Made by a program: the position numbers and the translations under genes. 64,000 nucleotides of DNA. It comes from Halarcobacter sp. GTDB taxonomy: Bacteria > Campylobacterota > Campylobacteria > Campylobacterales > Arcobacteraceae. Positions 19,140-28,224 of the stretch are shown one piece after another (within the stretch, counting starts at the first letter, position 1; every line of letters starts with the position of its first letter). Below the pieces are notes generated by a model that did not search any database, had not been told where the DNA came from, and was given only the letters and a program-made list of their open reading frames with translations. The stretch spans positions 768,001 through 832,000 of the forward strand of contig OY781089.1 of assembly GCA_963676565.1 (NCBI GenBank), in the 5' to 3' direction.

Positions 19140-19874
19140 ATGAGTTTGGTTAAAGCAAAGAATCTATGGAAAATCTATGGTGATAATATCATCTTAGAAA
19201 ACGTGAATTTTTCAATGGAAGAGGGTGAGTTCTGCGCTCTTGTAGGACCTTCTGGATGTGGTAAAACTACATTTTTAAGAATGCTTTTAGGTGTTGAAGA
19301 ACCATCAAAAGGTCAACTTTATTTTGAGAATAAAGATTACCCAAAGGAACCTAGTGATGAAAGGGGTATTGTATTCCAGCGATACTCAACACTTAGTCAC
19401 TTAAATGTGATTGATAATGTAGTTATTGGTTTAGAGTTTGAAAAGTCAAAATTTTTTGGAAAACTCTTTGGAAATGAAAAGAAAAAAGCAATGGAAACAG
19501 CTGATGAGATATTAGAAGCTGTAGGTTTAAAAGATGCAAGAAAAAAGTTTCCCCATGAATTAAGTGGTGGAATGAAACAAAGATTGTCAATTGCGCAATC
19601 ACTAGTAAAAAAACCAAAACTTTTACTTCTTGATGAACCCTTTGGTGCATTAGATCCTGGTATTAGTTTAGATATGCATGAGTTACTTTTAGATATTCAC
19701 TCGAAGTTAAATTTTGGAGTTGTAATGGTAACACATGATATCTCTGAAGCTTTTAAATTAGGCTCAAGAGTATTAGTATTTGACAAGGTAAAAGTTGATA
19801 AAGATTACCCAAATAGATTTGGTTCAACAATTGTTAGTGATGCAGATGCAAGTAATAAAAGAGGAAGAAAATAA
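19140..19874 (+). CDS. ABC transporter ATP-binding protein (guanidine)
   Basis: GPSGCGKT, LSGGMKQR, LLLDEPFGALD. Confidence 0.92.
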   Translation: MSLVKAKNLWKIYGDNIILENVNFSMEEGEFCALVGPSGCGKTTFLRMLLGVEEPSKGQLYFENKDYPKEPSDERGIVFQRYSTLSHLNVIDNVVIGLEFEKSKFFGKLFGNEKKKAMETADEILEAVGLKDARKKFPHELSGGMKQRLSIAQSLVKKPKLLLLDEPFGALDPGISLDMHELLLDIHSKLNFGVVMVTHDISEAFKLGSRVLVFDKVKVDKDYPNRFGSTIVSDADASNKRGRK

Positions 19875-20596
19875 TGATTAAAAGTGAAAAAATTGTATTA
19901 AATGAAATTTTATATTCAAGTGTGAAATGGTCGAAAATTATAAAAAGAGGACAAACTATTCAATTAAAAGCATTAGGAGATAATGCAAGTTTAAGTGCTA
20001 TGTTTTACAACGCTTCAAACTCATATGAGAGATTTAATAGTGCCGATACAGTAAAGATTCAATGGAATGCCTTTTTAGGAAAAGAAAAATGTCTTTTTTC
20101 TGAAATGGGAAGGGTTTTATTTGCAATTAGTGATGATACAACTGATGGTTTACTTGATGCTTTAGGTGGGATTTCAAATCCTAGAATTATAAAAGAAAAT
20201 TTTGGTGGTGAGGCAACTTATGATAGTTGTAGAAATGGTTACCATAAATCTGATAGAGAAAACTTTTTAATTGAACTTGGAAAATATGGTATGGGTAAGA
20301 AAGATATGATTCCAGCTCTTAATTTATTTAGAAAAGTAGATGTAAAAGAGGGGTCAAATTTAGTTTTAAGTGATAGAAGAGCCGTAAAGGGTGATTATAT
20401 TGAATTAACTGCACATATGGATGTTTTATTAGTACTTTCAAATACACCACATGCTATGGATAAAAGTGGAACTTATAATCCAAGTGATGTTGAGATTACT
20501 ATTTTTGATTCGGTTGAATTTAAAGATGAAGACTACGCAAGTTATTCAGAGGAAGCTAAAAGAGGTTTCCAAAATACTAATAGATATTTTGTATAA
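19874..20596 (+). CDS. cgdA: Carboxyguanidine deiminase subunit A (DUF1989, urea-carboxylase-associated protein)
   Basis: ERFNSADTVKIQ, SEMGRVL, LSNTPH; first of a DUF1989 pair before the carboxylase. Confidence 0.82.
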   Translation: MIKSEKIVLNEILYSSVKWSKIIKRGQTIQLKALGDNASLSAMFYNASNSYERFNSADTVKIQWNAFLGKEKCLFSEMGRVLFAISDDTTDGLLDALGGISNPRIIKENFGGEATYDSCRNGYHKSDRENFLIELGKYGMGKKDMIPALNLFRKVDVKEGSNLVLSDRRAVKGDYIELTAHMDVLLVLSNTPHAMDKSGTYNPSDVEITIFDSVEFKDEDYASYSEEAKRGFQNTNRYFV

Positions 20597-20606
20597 GGAT
20601 AAAAAG

Positions 20607-21227
20607 ATGTCAAAAAATATTGAAACTGCAATTTATAATGAAAAACTACTTTCAGGACTTCCATGGTCAGGTGTGATTAAAAAAGGTCAAAGATTTAGAA
20701 TAGTTGATTTAGAAGGTTGTCAAGCTGTTGATACACTTTTTTACAATAATAATGATTATTCAGATAGATACAGTGCAACAGATACAATTAGAGAACAAGG
20801 TTCTATTTTTATAACAACAGGAACAAAACTAATTTCAAATGATGACAATGTTTTAATGGAAGTTGTAGAGGATACTTGTGGAAACCACGATACTTTAGGT
20901 GGACATTGTAGTGCTGAGAGTAACTCAGTTAGATTTGGACTTGATAAAAAGTATATGCACTCTTGTAGAGACAACTATTTAACTTTGGTTGGTGAGCTTG
21001 AAATGAGCCCAAAAGATATTACAAATAATATTAACTTTTTTATGAATGTTCCTGTTGAAGAGGATGGACACTTAGCAATTGTTGATGGTATTTCAAAGCC
21101 AGGTGATTATGTAGAAATGGTTGCAATGATGGATACACTTGTGATGATTTCAAATTGTCCACAGTTAAATAACCCTTGTAATGGATATAACCCAACTCCT
21201 ATTCAATTACTTATTTGGGAAGATTAA
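20607..21227 (+). CDS. cgdB: Carboxyguanidine deiminase subunit B (DUF1989)
   Basis: Start trimmed to MSKNIE; DLEGCQAVD, HDTLGGHCS.ESN, NINFFMNVP, SNCPQLNNPCN. Confidence 0.85.
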   Translation: MSKNIETAIYNEKLLSGLPWSGVIKKGQRFRIVDLEGCQAVDTLFYNNNDYSDRYSATDTIREQGSIFITTGTKLISNDDNVLMEVVEDTCGNHDTLGGHCSAESNSVRFGLDKKYMHSCRDNYLTLVGELEMSPKDITNNINFFMNVPVEEDGHLAIVDGISKPGDYVEMVAMMDTLVMISNCPQLNNPCNGYNPTPIQLLIWED

Positions 21228-21260
21228 AAAAAATATGGTTTAAAAGAGCCTTATCTTTTT

Positions 21261-21306
21261 ATTTTGTGGGACGACCTACAAAATATAACTCACTTGGGAC
21301 GGCCCG
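21261..21306 (+). promoter_or_regulatory. Guanidine-II (mini-ykkC) riboswitch
   Basis: Two hairpins with ACGR tetraloops, ATTTTGTGGG-ACGA-CCTACAAAAT and TTGGG-ACGG-CCCGA, short linker, about 30 nt before the carboxylase start. Confidence 0.88.
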
Positions 21307-21335
21307 ATATATAAACTAAAACTTAAGGATATAAA

Positions 21336-24300
21336 GTGTTTAAAAAAGTTTTAATAGCAAACCGTGCAGAAATAGCAAATAGAATTATAAAAACTTTAAA
21401 AAAAATGGGTATTGAATCAGTTGCTATTTATAGTGAAGCTGATAAACATGCTTCATTTGTGATGAATGCAGATATTTCAATCCCTTTAAATGGAACATCA
21501 TTAAATGAAACATATTTAGACTATGAAAAGATTATAAAAATCTGTAAAGATAATGGTGTAGATGCAATTCACCCTGGATATGGTTTTTTAAGTGAAAATG
21601 TTGAGTTTGTAAAAAAATGTGAAGAGAATAATATAGTTTTTATTGGTCCAAACTCAAAACATATTGAAGAATTTGGTTTAAAACACACAGCAAGAGCTAT
21701 TGCAAAAAATAGTGGTGTTCCTCTACTTGAAGGGAGCGAATTATTAGATTCACTAGAAATTGCTAAAAAAACTGCTTTAAATATTGGATATCCTGTTATG
21801 TTAAAAAGTACTGCCGGAGGAGGTGGTATTGGTATGAAGCTTTGTTTTAGTGAGGATGAATTAGTTGATGCTTTTGATTCAGTTATTAAATTAGCTGGCT
21901 CAAACTTTAGTAATAGTGGAGTTTTTTTAGAAAAGTATATCCAAACTGCTAGACACATAGAGGTTCAAATTTTTGGTGATGGAAAAGGTAATGTTAAAAC
22001 TTTAGGTGAAAGGGATTGTTCTATTCAAAGAAGAAACCAAAAGGTTATAGAAGAAACTCCAGCACCTCTAATTTCAGATGAATTAAGAGAACAACTTTTT
22101 GAAGCTTCTTTTAAACTAGCAAAGGCAGTTGATTATAAAAGTGCTGGTACTGTTGAATATATCTTTGATACAAAAACAAATAAGTTTTACTTTTTAGAAG
22201 TTAATACAAGATTACAAGTTGAACATGGGATTACTGAAGAGGTTTGTGGTGTTGATTTAGTTGAATGGATGATAAAAATAGCAGCAGGTGATAATACTCC
22301 ACTTATAAACTATGAACATAAGCCAAAAGGACATGCAATTGAGGTTAGGGTTTATGCAGAAGATGCAAGTAAAAATTTCCAGCCTAGTACTGGACTAATC
22401 ACAAAAGTTGAATTACCAAATGATGTTAGAGTTGATACTTGGATAGAAGATGGATGTGAAGTTAGCTCTTTTTATGATCCTTTGCTAGCAAAAGTTATAA
22501 CTGTAAGTGAAACTAGAGAAGAGAATATTTTAAAACTACAAGAGCTTTTAAATACAAGTAGAATTTATGGAATTGAATCTAACCTTTCATATTTAGAAGC
22601 TATTTCTAAAGAAGACTTTTTTATTAACTCAAAATTTTATACAAAGGTTTTAGATGGTTTTGATTATAAACCTTCAAAAGTGGATATTCTAAAATCTGGA
22701 ACCTTAACAACTATTCAAGATTATCCAAGTAGACTTGGCTTTTGGGCAGTTGGTATTCCACCATCAGGAGCTATGGATAGTTTAACTCCAAGATTACTAA
22801 ATCAACTTTTAGGAAATAGTGAAAATGCGCCATTTATTGAGATGACTTTTATGGGTGCAAGTTATAAGTTTAGAGCTAAAACAACTATTGCCATTGGTGG
22901 AGCTAATATGCAAGCCAAGCTAAATGGGCAAGATATAGATATGTTTAAAGCAATAGATGTAAAAGCTGATGATATATTAGAGTTTAAAAAAGTAGTTGGA
23001 GATGGAAATAGAACATACTTAGCTATTTTAGGTGGTTTTGATACTGCAAAATATCTTGGAAGTGCTTCAACTTTCACCTTAGGTGAGTTTGGGGGACATG
23101 GAGGAAGAGCTTTAAAAGCTGGTGATGTTTTAAGTTTTAATGAAATTAAAAATAAAGAGATTGTAGATTTAAAAGATACTCCAAGTTTAAGTAATGAATG
23201 GGAAATAGGTGTTGTTTATGGACCCCATGGAGCACCTGATTTTTTCACAAAAGAGGATATAGAAACTTTTCTAGATACTTCATGGGAAGTTCACTTTAAT
23301 TCAAGTAGAACAGGGGTAAGACTTATTGGACCATCTCCAAAATGGGCTAGGGAAGATGGAGGGGAAGCTGGTCTACACCCTTCAAATATCCATGACAATG
23401 CTTATGCTTTTGGTACTATTGATTTTACAGGTGACCAACCTGTAATACTTGGACCTGATGGGCCAAGCCTTGGGGGATTTGTTTGTCCTGTTACAATTAT
23501 TTCTTGTGAGTTATATAAAGTAGGACAATTAAAAGCAGGTGATAAAATCAAATTCAAGCCTGTTAGTTTAAAAAATGCAGACTTAATGAATAAAGCCTAT
23601 GAAGAGGCAATTTCAACAAATGGATATTTACCAAAATTAAAAGAGTATATTATTGATTTTAATGTTGAAAAACAAACACCAATTATTGAGAGTATGAAGT
23701 TTAAAGAACTTGATATCGATATTACAATTAGAGCTGCTGGAAATGAGTTTATTTTAATTGAAGCAGGGGAGTTAAAACTTGATATTGAGTTAAGATTTTT
23801 TATTCATGCCCTTATGAATCGTTTTGAAGAGTCTAATTTAGATGGAATTATTGATTTAACTCCAGGAATTAGAAGTTTACAAATACACTTTAATTCACAA
23901 ATAATTAGCCGTGAAAAGATTTTAAAAACTGTAATTCACACAGTAAACTCATTAAAAGATATTGAAAATTTAGAAGTTGATTCAAGAACAGTATGGTTAC
24001 CACTTTCATGGAATGATCCATCAATTCAAAAAGCAATTGATAAATATCAACAGGGTGTAAGACCAAATGCTCCTTGGTGCCCTTCAAATATCGATTTTAT
24101 AAAAAGAATAAATGGTTTAGAAAATAAAGATGATGTTAAAAATATTGTTTTTGAAGCTGATTATTTAGTTTTAGGACTTGGTGATGTTTATCTTGGAGCT
24201 CCTGTTGCAACTCCCCTTGATCCATCACATAGAGTAGTTACCACAAAATATAATCCAGCTCGTACATGGACAGCACAAAACTCTGTTGGTATTGGTGGGG

Positions 24301-24932
24301 CATATATGTGTGTTTATGGTATGGAAGGCCCTGGAGGGTATCAACTTTTTGGTAGAACTTTACAAATGTGGAACAAATTTAGAGCTACAAAAGAGTTTGA
24401 AAAACCATGGTTATTAAGATTTTTTGATCAAGTAAAATTTTATCCTGTAACAAATGAAGAGTTAGAAGATATTAGAGATAAGTTTTTATATGGAAAATTT
24501 TCTTTGACAATTGAAGAAAAAAGTTTTAAATTAAAAGAGTATAAAGAGTTTCTTGAGAAAAACAAAGAGAAATCAGATACTTTTCAAATAAAAAGACAAA
24601 AAGCATTTGAAGAAGAAAGACAAATGTGGAAAGAGAAAGGTTTAGATAGTTTTGACACTTCTATTGAAGCAGTTATGGATAAAGATGAGATTACCTTAGC
24701 TGATGATGAAGAGGCAGTAGAATCAATTATGGCTGGAAATATTTGGAAAATAGAAGTAAAAGTTGGAGATAAAATTAAATCAGGAGATGTTTTAGTTATC
24801 TTAGAATCTATGAAAATGGAAGTTGAAATAGAAGCTGAAGTATCTGGGACAGTATCGCAAATTCTTTATAAAGAGGGCGATAATATCAATAGTGGTGATG
24901 TACTAGTTGTTATAAAAAAGGATGAAAAATGA
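21336..24932 (+). CDS. uca: Urea/guanidine carboxylase (biotin-dependent)
   Basis: Biotin carboxylase domain (IANRAEIA, HPGYGFLSEN, EVNTRLQVEH), carboxyltransferase (GLHPSNIHD, TTKYNPARTW), biotinyl motif ESMKME. Confidence 0.96.
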   Translation: MFKKVLIANRAEIANRIIKTLKKMGIESVAIYSEADKHASFVMNADISIPLNGTSLNETYLDYEKIIKICKDNGVDAIHPGYGFLSENVEFVKKCEENNIVFIGPNSKHIEEFGLKHTARAIAKNSGVPLLEGSELLDSLEIAKKTALNIGYPVMLKSTAGGGGIGMKLCFSEDELVDAFDSVIKLAGSNFSNSGVFLEKYIQTARHIEVQIFGDGKGNVKTLGERDCSIQRRNQKVIEETPAPLISDELREQLFEASFKLAKAVDYKSAGTVEYIFDTKTNKFYFLEVNTRLQVEHGITEEVCGVDLVEWMIKIAAGDNTPLINYEHKPKGHAIEVRVYAEDASKNFQPSTGLITKVELPNDVRVDTWIEDGCEVSSFYDPLLAKVITVSETREENILKLQELLNTSRIYGIESNLSYLEAISKEDFFINSKFYTKVLDGFDYKPSKVDILKSGTLTTIQDYPSRLGFWAVGIPPSGAMDSLTPRLLNQLLGNSENAPFIEMTFMGASYKFRAKTTIAIGGANMQAKLNGQDIDMFKAIDVKADDILEFKKVVGDGNRTYLAILGGFDTAKYLGSASTFTLGEFGGHGGRALKAGDVLSFNEIKNKEIVDLKDTPSLSNEWEIGVVYGPHGAPDFFTKEDIETFLDTSWEVHFNSSRTGVRLIGPSPKWAREDGGEAGLHPSNIHDNAYAFGTIDFTGDQPVILGPDGPSLGGFVCPVTIISCELYKVGQLKAGDKIKFKPVSLKNADLMNKAYEEAISTNGYLPKLKEYIIDFNVEKQTPIIESMKFKELDIDITIRAAGNEFILIEAGELKLDIELRFFIHALMNRFEESNLDGIIDLTPGIRSLQIHFNSQIISREKILKTVIHTVNSLKDIENLEVDSRTVWLPLSWNDPSIQKAIDKYQQGVRPNAPWCPSNIDFIKRINGLENKDDVKNIVFEADYLVLGLGDVYLGAPVATPLDPSHRVVTTKYNPARTWTAQNSVGIGGAYMCVYGMEGPGGYQLFGRTLQMWNKFRATKEFEKPWLLRFFDQVKFYPVTNEELEDIRDKFLYGKFSLTIEEKSFKLKEYKEFLEKNKEKSDTFQIKRQKAFEEERQMWKEKGLDSFDTSIEAVMDKDEITLADDEEAVESIMAGNIWKIEVKVGDKIKSGDVLVILESMKMEVEIEAEVSGTVSQILYKEGDNINSGDVLVVIKKDEK

Positions 24933-26257
24933 ATTTAAATATAAATGAGTTAAGGTCTAAATATTTAAGTGGTGAGATTACAGTAAAAGAAGTAATCTCA
25001 TCAATAAAAGAAAAAATAGAAGAGTATGAAAATCATAATATATGGATTTATACTTTAAGTGATGAACAATTAGAAACTTACATCAAAAATTTAGAAGATA
25101 AAGATATTGAAGATTATCCACTATATGGAATCCCTTTTGCCATAAAAGATAATATAGATTTAGAAAATATTCCCACAACTGCAGCTTGTAAAGAGTATGA
25201 ATATGTTCCTACAAAATCAGCTTTTGTTGTACAAAGATTGATTGATGCTGGAGCAATTCCTATTGGAAAAACAAACCTTGACCAATTTGCTACAGGATTA
25301 GTTGGGACTAGAAGTCCATATGGGGAGTGTAAAAACTCAATTAATCCTGAATATATTTCAGGGGGCTCAAGTTCAGGAAGTGCAGTTTCAGTTGCCTTAG
25401 AAATGGCAAGTTTCTCCCTTGGAACAGATACTGCTGGAAGTGGTAGAGTTCCTGCTGCTTTTAATAATCTAATAGGATTAAAGGCAACAAAAGGAGTTGT
25501 TAGTACAAGTGGTGTTGTGCCTGCTTGTAGAAGTTTAGATTGCGTAACTGTTTTTTCTAAAGAGTTAGATTCTGTAAAAACTGTATTTGAGATAATTAAT
25601 AAATATGATGAAGAAGATATATATAGTAGAGTTTACGAAGCTAAAGAAAATGGTGTAAAAGAGAAGTTTAAATTCGCAATTCCTAAAAAAGAGCAACTAA
25701 TGTTTTTTGGTGATGGAGAGGCTAGAGTTTTATTTGAAAAAGCAGTTGAAAAATTTGAATCTTTAGGTGGGAAAGCTGTAGAGATAGATTATGAACCATT
25801 TAATGAGAGTGCAAATTTACTTTATAGTGGACCTTGGGTAACTGAGCGATATATCGCTATTAAAGAGATTATTACAAAAACTGCTGAAGTTGTAGAACCA
25901 ACTGTTAGAAAAATCATTTCAGGTGGAGATAAAATAGATGCTATTAACTATTTTGAATCAGAATATACTCTAAAGAAAAATAGAAAATATGCGGATAAAG
26001 TTTTTTTAGATTATGACTTTTTATTAACCCCAACAACTGGAACTATTTATAAGATTGATGAGGTAAATTCTGATCCTATTGCTTTAAATACAAATCTTGG
26101 GTATTACACAAATTATATGAATCTTCTTGATTTATGTGCAGTTGCAGTACCTGCTGGCTTTAGAAAAAATGGTTTACCTTTTGGAGTAACAATAGTTTCA
26201 GATAAGTTTGAAGAAGAAAAACTTCTAGATTACTGTGAAACATATTTAAAGGACTAA
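24929..26257 (+). CDS. atzF: Allophanate hydrolase, amidase domain
   Basis: KDNID, GKTNLDQFATGLVGTRSPYG, GGSSSGS, GTDTAGSGRVPA, NLGYYTN. Confidence 0.94.
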   Translation: MNLNINELRSKYLSGEITVKEVISSIKEKIEEYENHNIWIYTLSDEQLETYIKNLEDKDIEDYPLYGIPFAIKDNIDLENIPTTAACKEYEYVPTKSAFVVQRLIDAGAIPIGKTNLDQFATGLVGTRSPYGECKNSINPEYISGGSSSGSAVSVALEMASFSLGTDTAGSGRVPAAFNNLIGLKATKGVVSTSGVVPACRSLDCVTVFSKELDSVKTVFEIINKYDEEDIYSRVYEAKENGVKEKFKFAIPKKEQLMFFGDGEARVLFEKAVEKFESLGGKAVEIDYEPFNESANLLYSGPWVTERYIAIKEIITKTAEVVEPTVRKIISGGDKIDAINYFESEYTLKKNRKYADKVFLDYDFLLTPTTGTIYKIDEVNSDPIALNTNLGYYTNYMNLLDLCAVAVPAGFRKNGLPFGVTIVSDKFEEEKLLDYCETYLKD

Positions 26258-26258
26258 A

Positions 26259-26645
26259 ATGAGTGAAAATGAAATATTAGTGGGAGTTTGTGGCGCACAT
26301 ATGAGTGATTTACCATTAAACTGGCAATTAACTGAATTAAATAGTACATTTGTAAAAAAAACTAAAACAAAAAAAGGTTATAGACTATATGTACTTGAAA
26401 ATAAAGACCCAATTAGACCTGGGATGATTTATGATAGCTCTGTTTCAACTCAAATTGAAGTTGAAGTTTGGTCAATGCCCGTTGAGAATTTTGGAAAATT
26501 TATGAAAATGATTGCAAGTCCACTTGGAATAGGAAGTGTTTATTTAGAAGATGAGTCTTTTGTTTATGGCTTTTTATGTGAAGCAGATTTTGTAAAAGGT
26601 GCAAAAGAAATCTCTAATTTAGGTAGTTGGAGAGCCTTTGTATGA
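26259..26645 (+). CDS. Allophanate hydrolase C-terminal domain as a separate protein
   Basis: VCGAHMSDLPLNWQL, RPGM, IEVEVW, PLGIG, GFLCE, GSWRAF match the AtzF C-domain. Confidence 0.88.
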   Translation: MSENEILVGVCGAHMSDLPLNWQLTELNSTFVKKTKTKKGYRLYVLENKDPIRPGMIYDSSVSTQIEVEVWSMPVENFGKFMKMIASPLGIGSVYLEDESFVYGFLCEADFVKGAKEISNLGSWRAFV

Positions 26646-26971
26646 CAAGTGCTAATTTAGCTTGGGGTTTTCTTGTTATTGCAGGATTACTTGAAGCTTT
26701 ATGGGCAATGGGGTTAAAGTTTAGTGAAGGATTTACTAAACCCTTGCCTACTTTTTTTACATTGATTTTAGTATTAAGTAGTTTTTTCTTACTTTCAAAA
26801 TCAATGAAAGTATTACCCGTTGGAGTTGCTTATTCTGTTTGGTGCGCAATAGGTATCTCAACCCTTGTTATTATTGAATATTTTTATTTAGGCACCTCTT
26901 TTAATATACCAAAGGTGATCTCTATTTTATTAATAGTTTTAGGAATAGTAGGCTTAAAACTTTTCTCTTAA
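26642..26971 (+). CDS. gdx: SMR family guanidinium exporter (Gdx/SugE-like)
   Basis: Start trimmed to MTSANL; AW..L.IAGLLE..WA.GLKFSEGFT, LPVGVAYSVW, GIVGLKL. Confidence 0.85.
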   Translation: MTSANLAWGFLVIAGLLEALWAMGLKFSEGFTKPLPTFFTLILVLSSFFLLSKSMKVLPVGVAYSVWCAIGISTLVIIEYFYLGTSFNIPKVISILLIVLGIVGLKLFS

Positions 26972-26987
26972 AAATGGAAGAAAGATT

Positions 26988-27692
26988 TTATCTTGCTTCC
27001 ATTTCAATAAATAGAAAATGAGAGTTTTCTATTGCTTTTATTTTTAATAAGTTTTCTTCTGTAATTTCGCAGGCATCACCATTTTCTAAAACTATTTCGT
27101 TTACAGTAGAACTTCCCTCAATTTGGACAAAATATATTTGTCTATTTGGGGCAATCTCATAGTTTAACTCTTTAGAATCATTTAATTCACTAACATAAAA
27201 ACTCACATCTTGGTATAGCTTTATTGGAGCATTACCATTTTTAGAAGAGACTATATTTAAAAGTTTATTTTCACGCTCTTCTTTTTTAAATCTATGGGAA
27301 CCATATAATCTTTCTAAACCTTTTTTAGGAGGTATTATCCAAATTTGAAGTAGTTTTAAATCTTCTGTTTTATTTAGGTTATGCTCACTATGAAATATAC
27401 CATTTCCAGCACTTAAATATTGAACTTCACCCCTTGTTAAAGTTTCTTCATTTCCCATGGAATCTTTATGGGTTAATTCCCCTTGGGTTATATAGGTTAC
27501 TATTTCCATGTTTTCATGGGGATGTGTGTCAAATCCAGAATCTGGGTGAATGATATCATCATTTAAAACCCTTAAACATCCAAAATGGATGTTTTTAGGG
27601 TTATAGTATTGAGCAAAACTAAAATGGAAACGGCTTTCAAGCCAACCAAGATTGGATGTTCCCATATTTTCTTTATTTAATTTTTTTATCAT
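26988..27692 (-). CDS. Pirin family protein (YhhW-like)
   Basis: GWLESRFHFSF, GFDTHPHENMEI, HKDSMGN, HSEHN, QIWI. Confidence 0.93.
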   Translation of the reverse strand: MIKKLNKENMGTSNLGWLESRFHFSFAQYYNPKNIHFGCLRVLNDDIIHPDSGFDTHPHENMEIVTYITQGELTHKDSMGNEETLTRGEVQYLSAGNGIFHSEHNLNKTEDLKLLQIWIIPPKKGLERLYGSHRFKKEERENKLLNIVSSKNGNAPIKLYQDVSFYVSELNDSKELNYEIAPNRQIYFVQIEGSSTVNEIVLENGDACEITEENLLKIKAIENSHFLFIEMEAR

Positions 27693-27695
27693 GAT

Positions 27696-28199
27696 TTACT
27701 CTTTTAATAATAAATAGTATTGGTCTAAAATTTTTTCTAAACTTTCATTTCCCATTGTAACTGTATAGCTTGTGACAATATCCCTAGGCATTACAATGGC
27801 ACCTAGTCTTGTTAATTGGTTTCTAAATGTATTTAGAAAATCAACTCCATTACTTCCTGAGTGAGTTGCAAGTTGGATTTTTTTAAGGGCAAATAATGCT
27901 CTAAAATTATCACCTATTCTTGAAATCCAAGCTATCATATTTAATAAAACAGGGGGTGCACTAAAGTTATACTCAGGAGAAACAAAAATATAACCTTGTG
28001 CTTCTTCCATCTCCTTTGCTAAATCAAGGGCTTTTTGTGGTATTCCTTCATTTTGCTCTTTATTAGTATCATACATTGGTAAATCTAATTCAACTAAGTT
28101 AACAATCTTAGTATCATAATTTTTTCCATTTAATTCTTTTTCAATTCTTTTTGCAAGTTTTACATTTTCATTTAAACTTGATACAAATATCATAATCAT
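27696..28199 (-). CDS. NAD(P)H-dependent FMN reductase family protein
   Basis: LDLPMYD, FVSPEYNFS.PPVLLN.IAWISR. Confidence 0.88.
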   Translation of the reverse strand: MIMIFVSSLNENVKLAKRIEKELNGKNYDTKIVNLVELDLPMYDTNKEQNEGIPQKALDLAKEMEEAQGYIFVSPEYNFSAPPVLLNMIAWISRIGDNFRALFALKKIQLATHSGSNGVDFLNTFRNQLTRLGAIVMPRDIVTSYTVTMGNESLEKILDQYYLLLKE

Positions 28200-28224
28200 T
28201 TTTTATCCTTATTAATACGATAAT

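Noticed and set aside
20451..20606. N-terminal extension of cgdB in the ORF track
   Set aside because: Overlaps cgdA by 146 nt; ATG at 20607 has an AAGGA RBS
21569..24087. Minus-strand ORFs inside the carboxylase
   Set aside because: Antisense shadows
26257..26259. atzF as a frameshifted pseudogene
   Set aside because: Break falls at the domain boundary, the second part has its own RBS and ATG, and both parts keep their motifs
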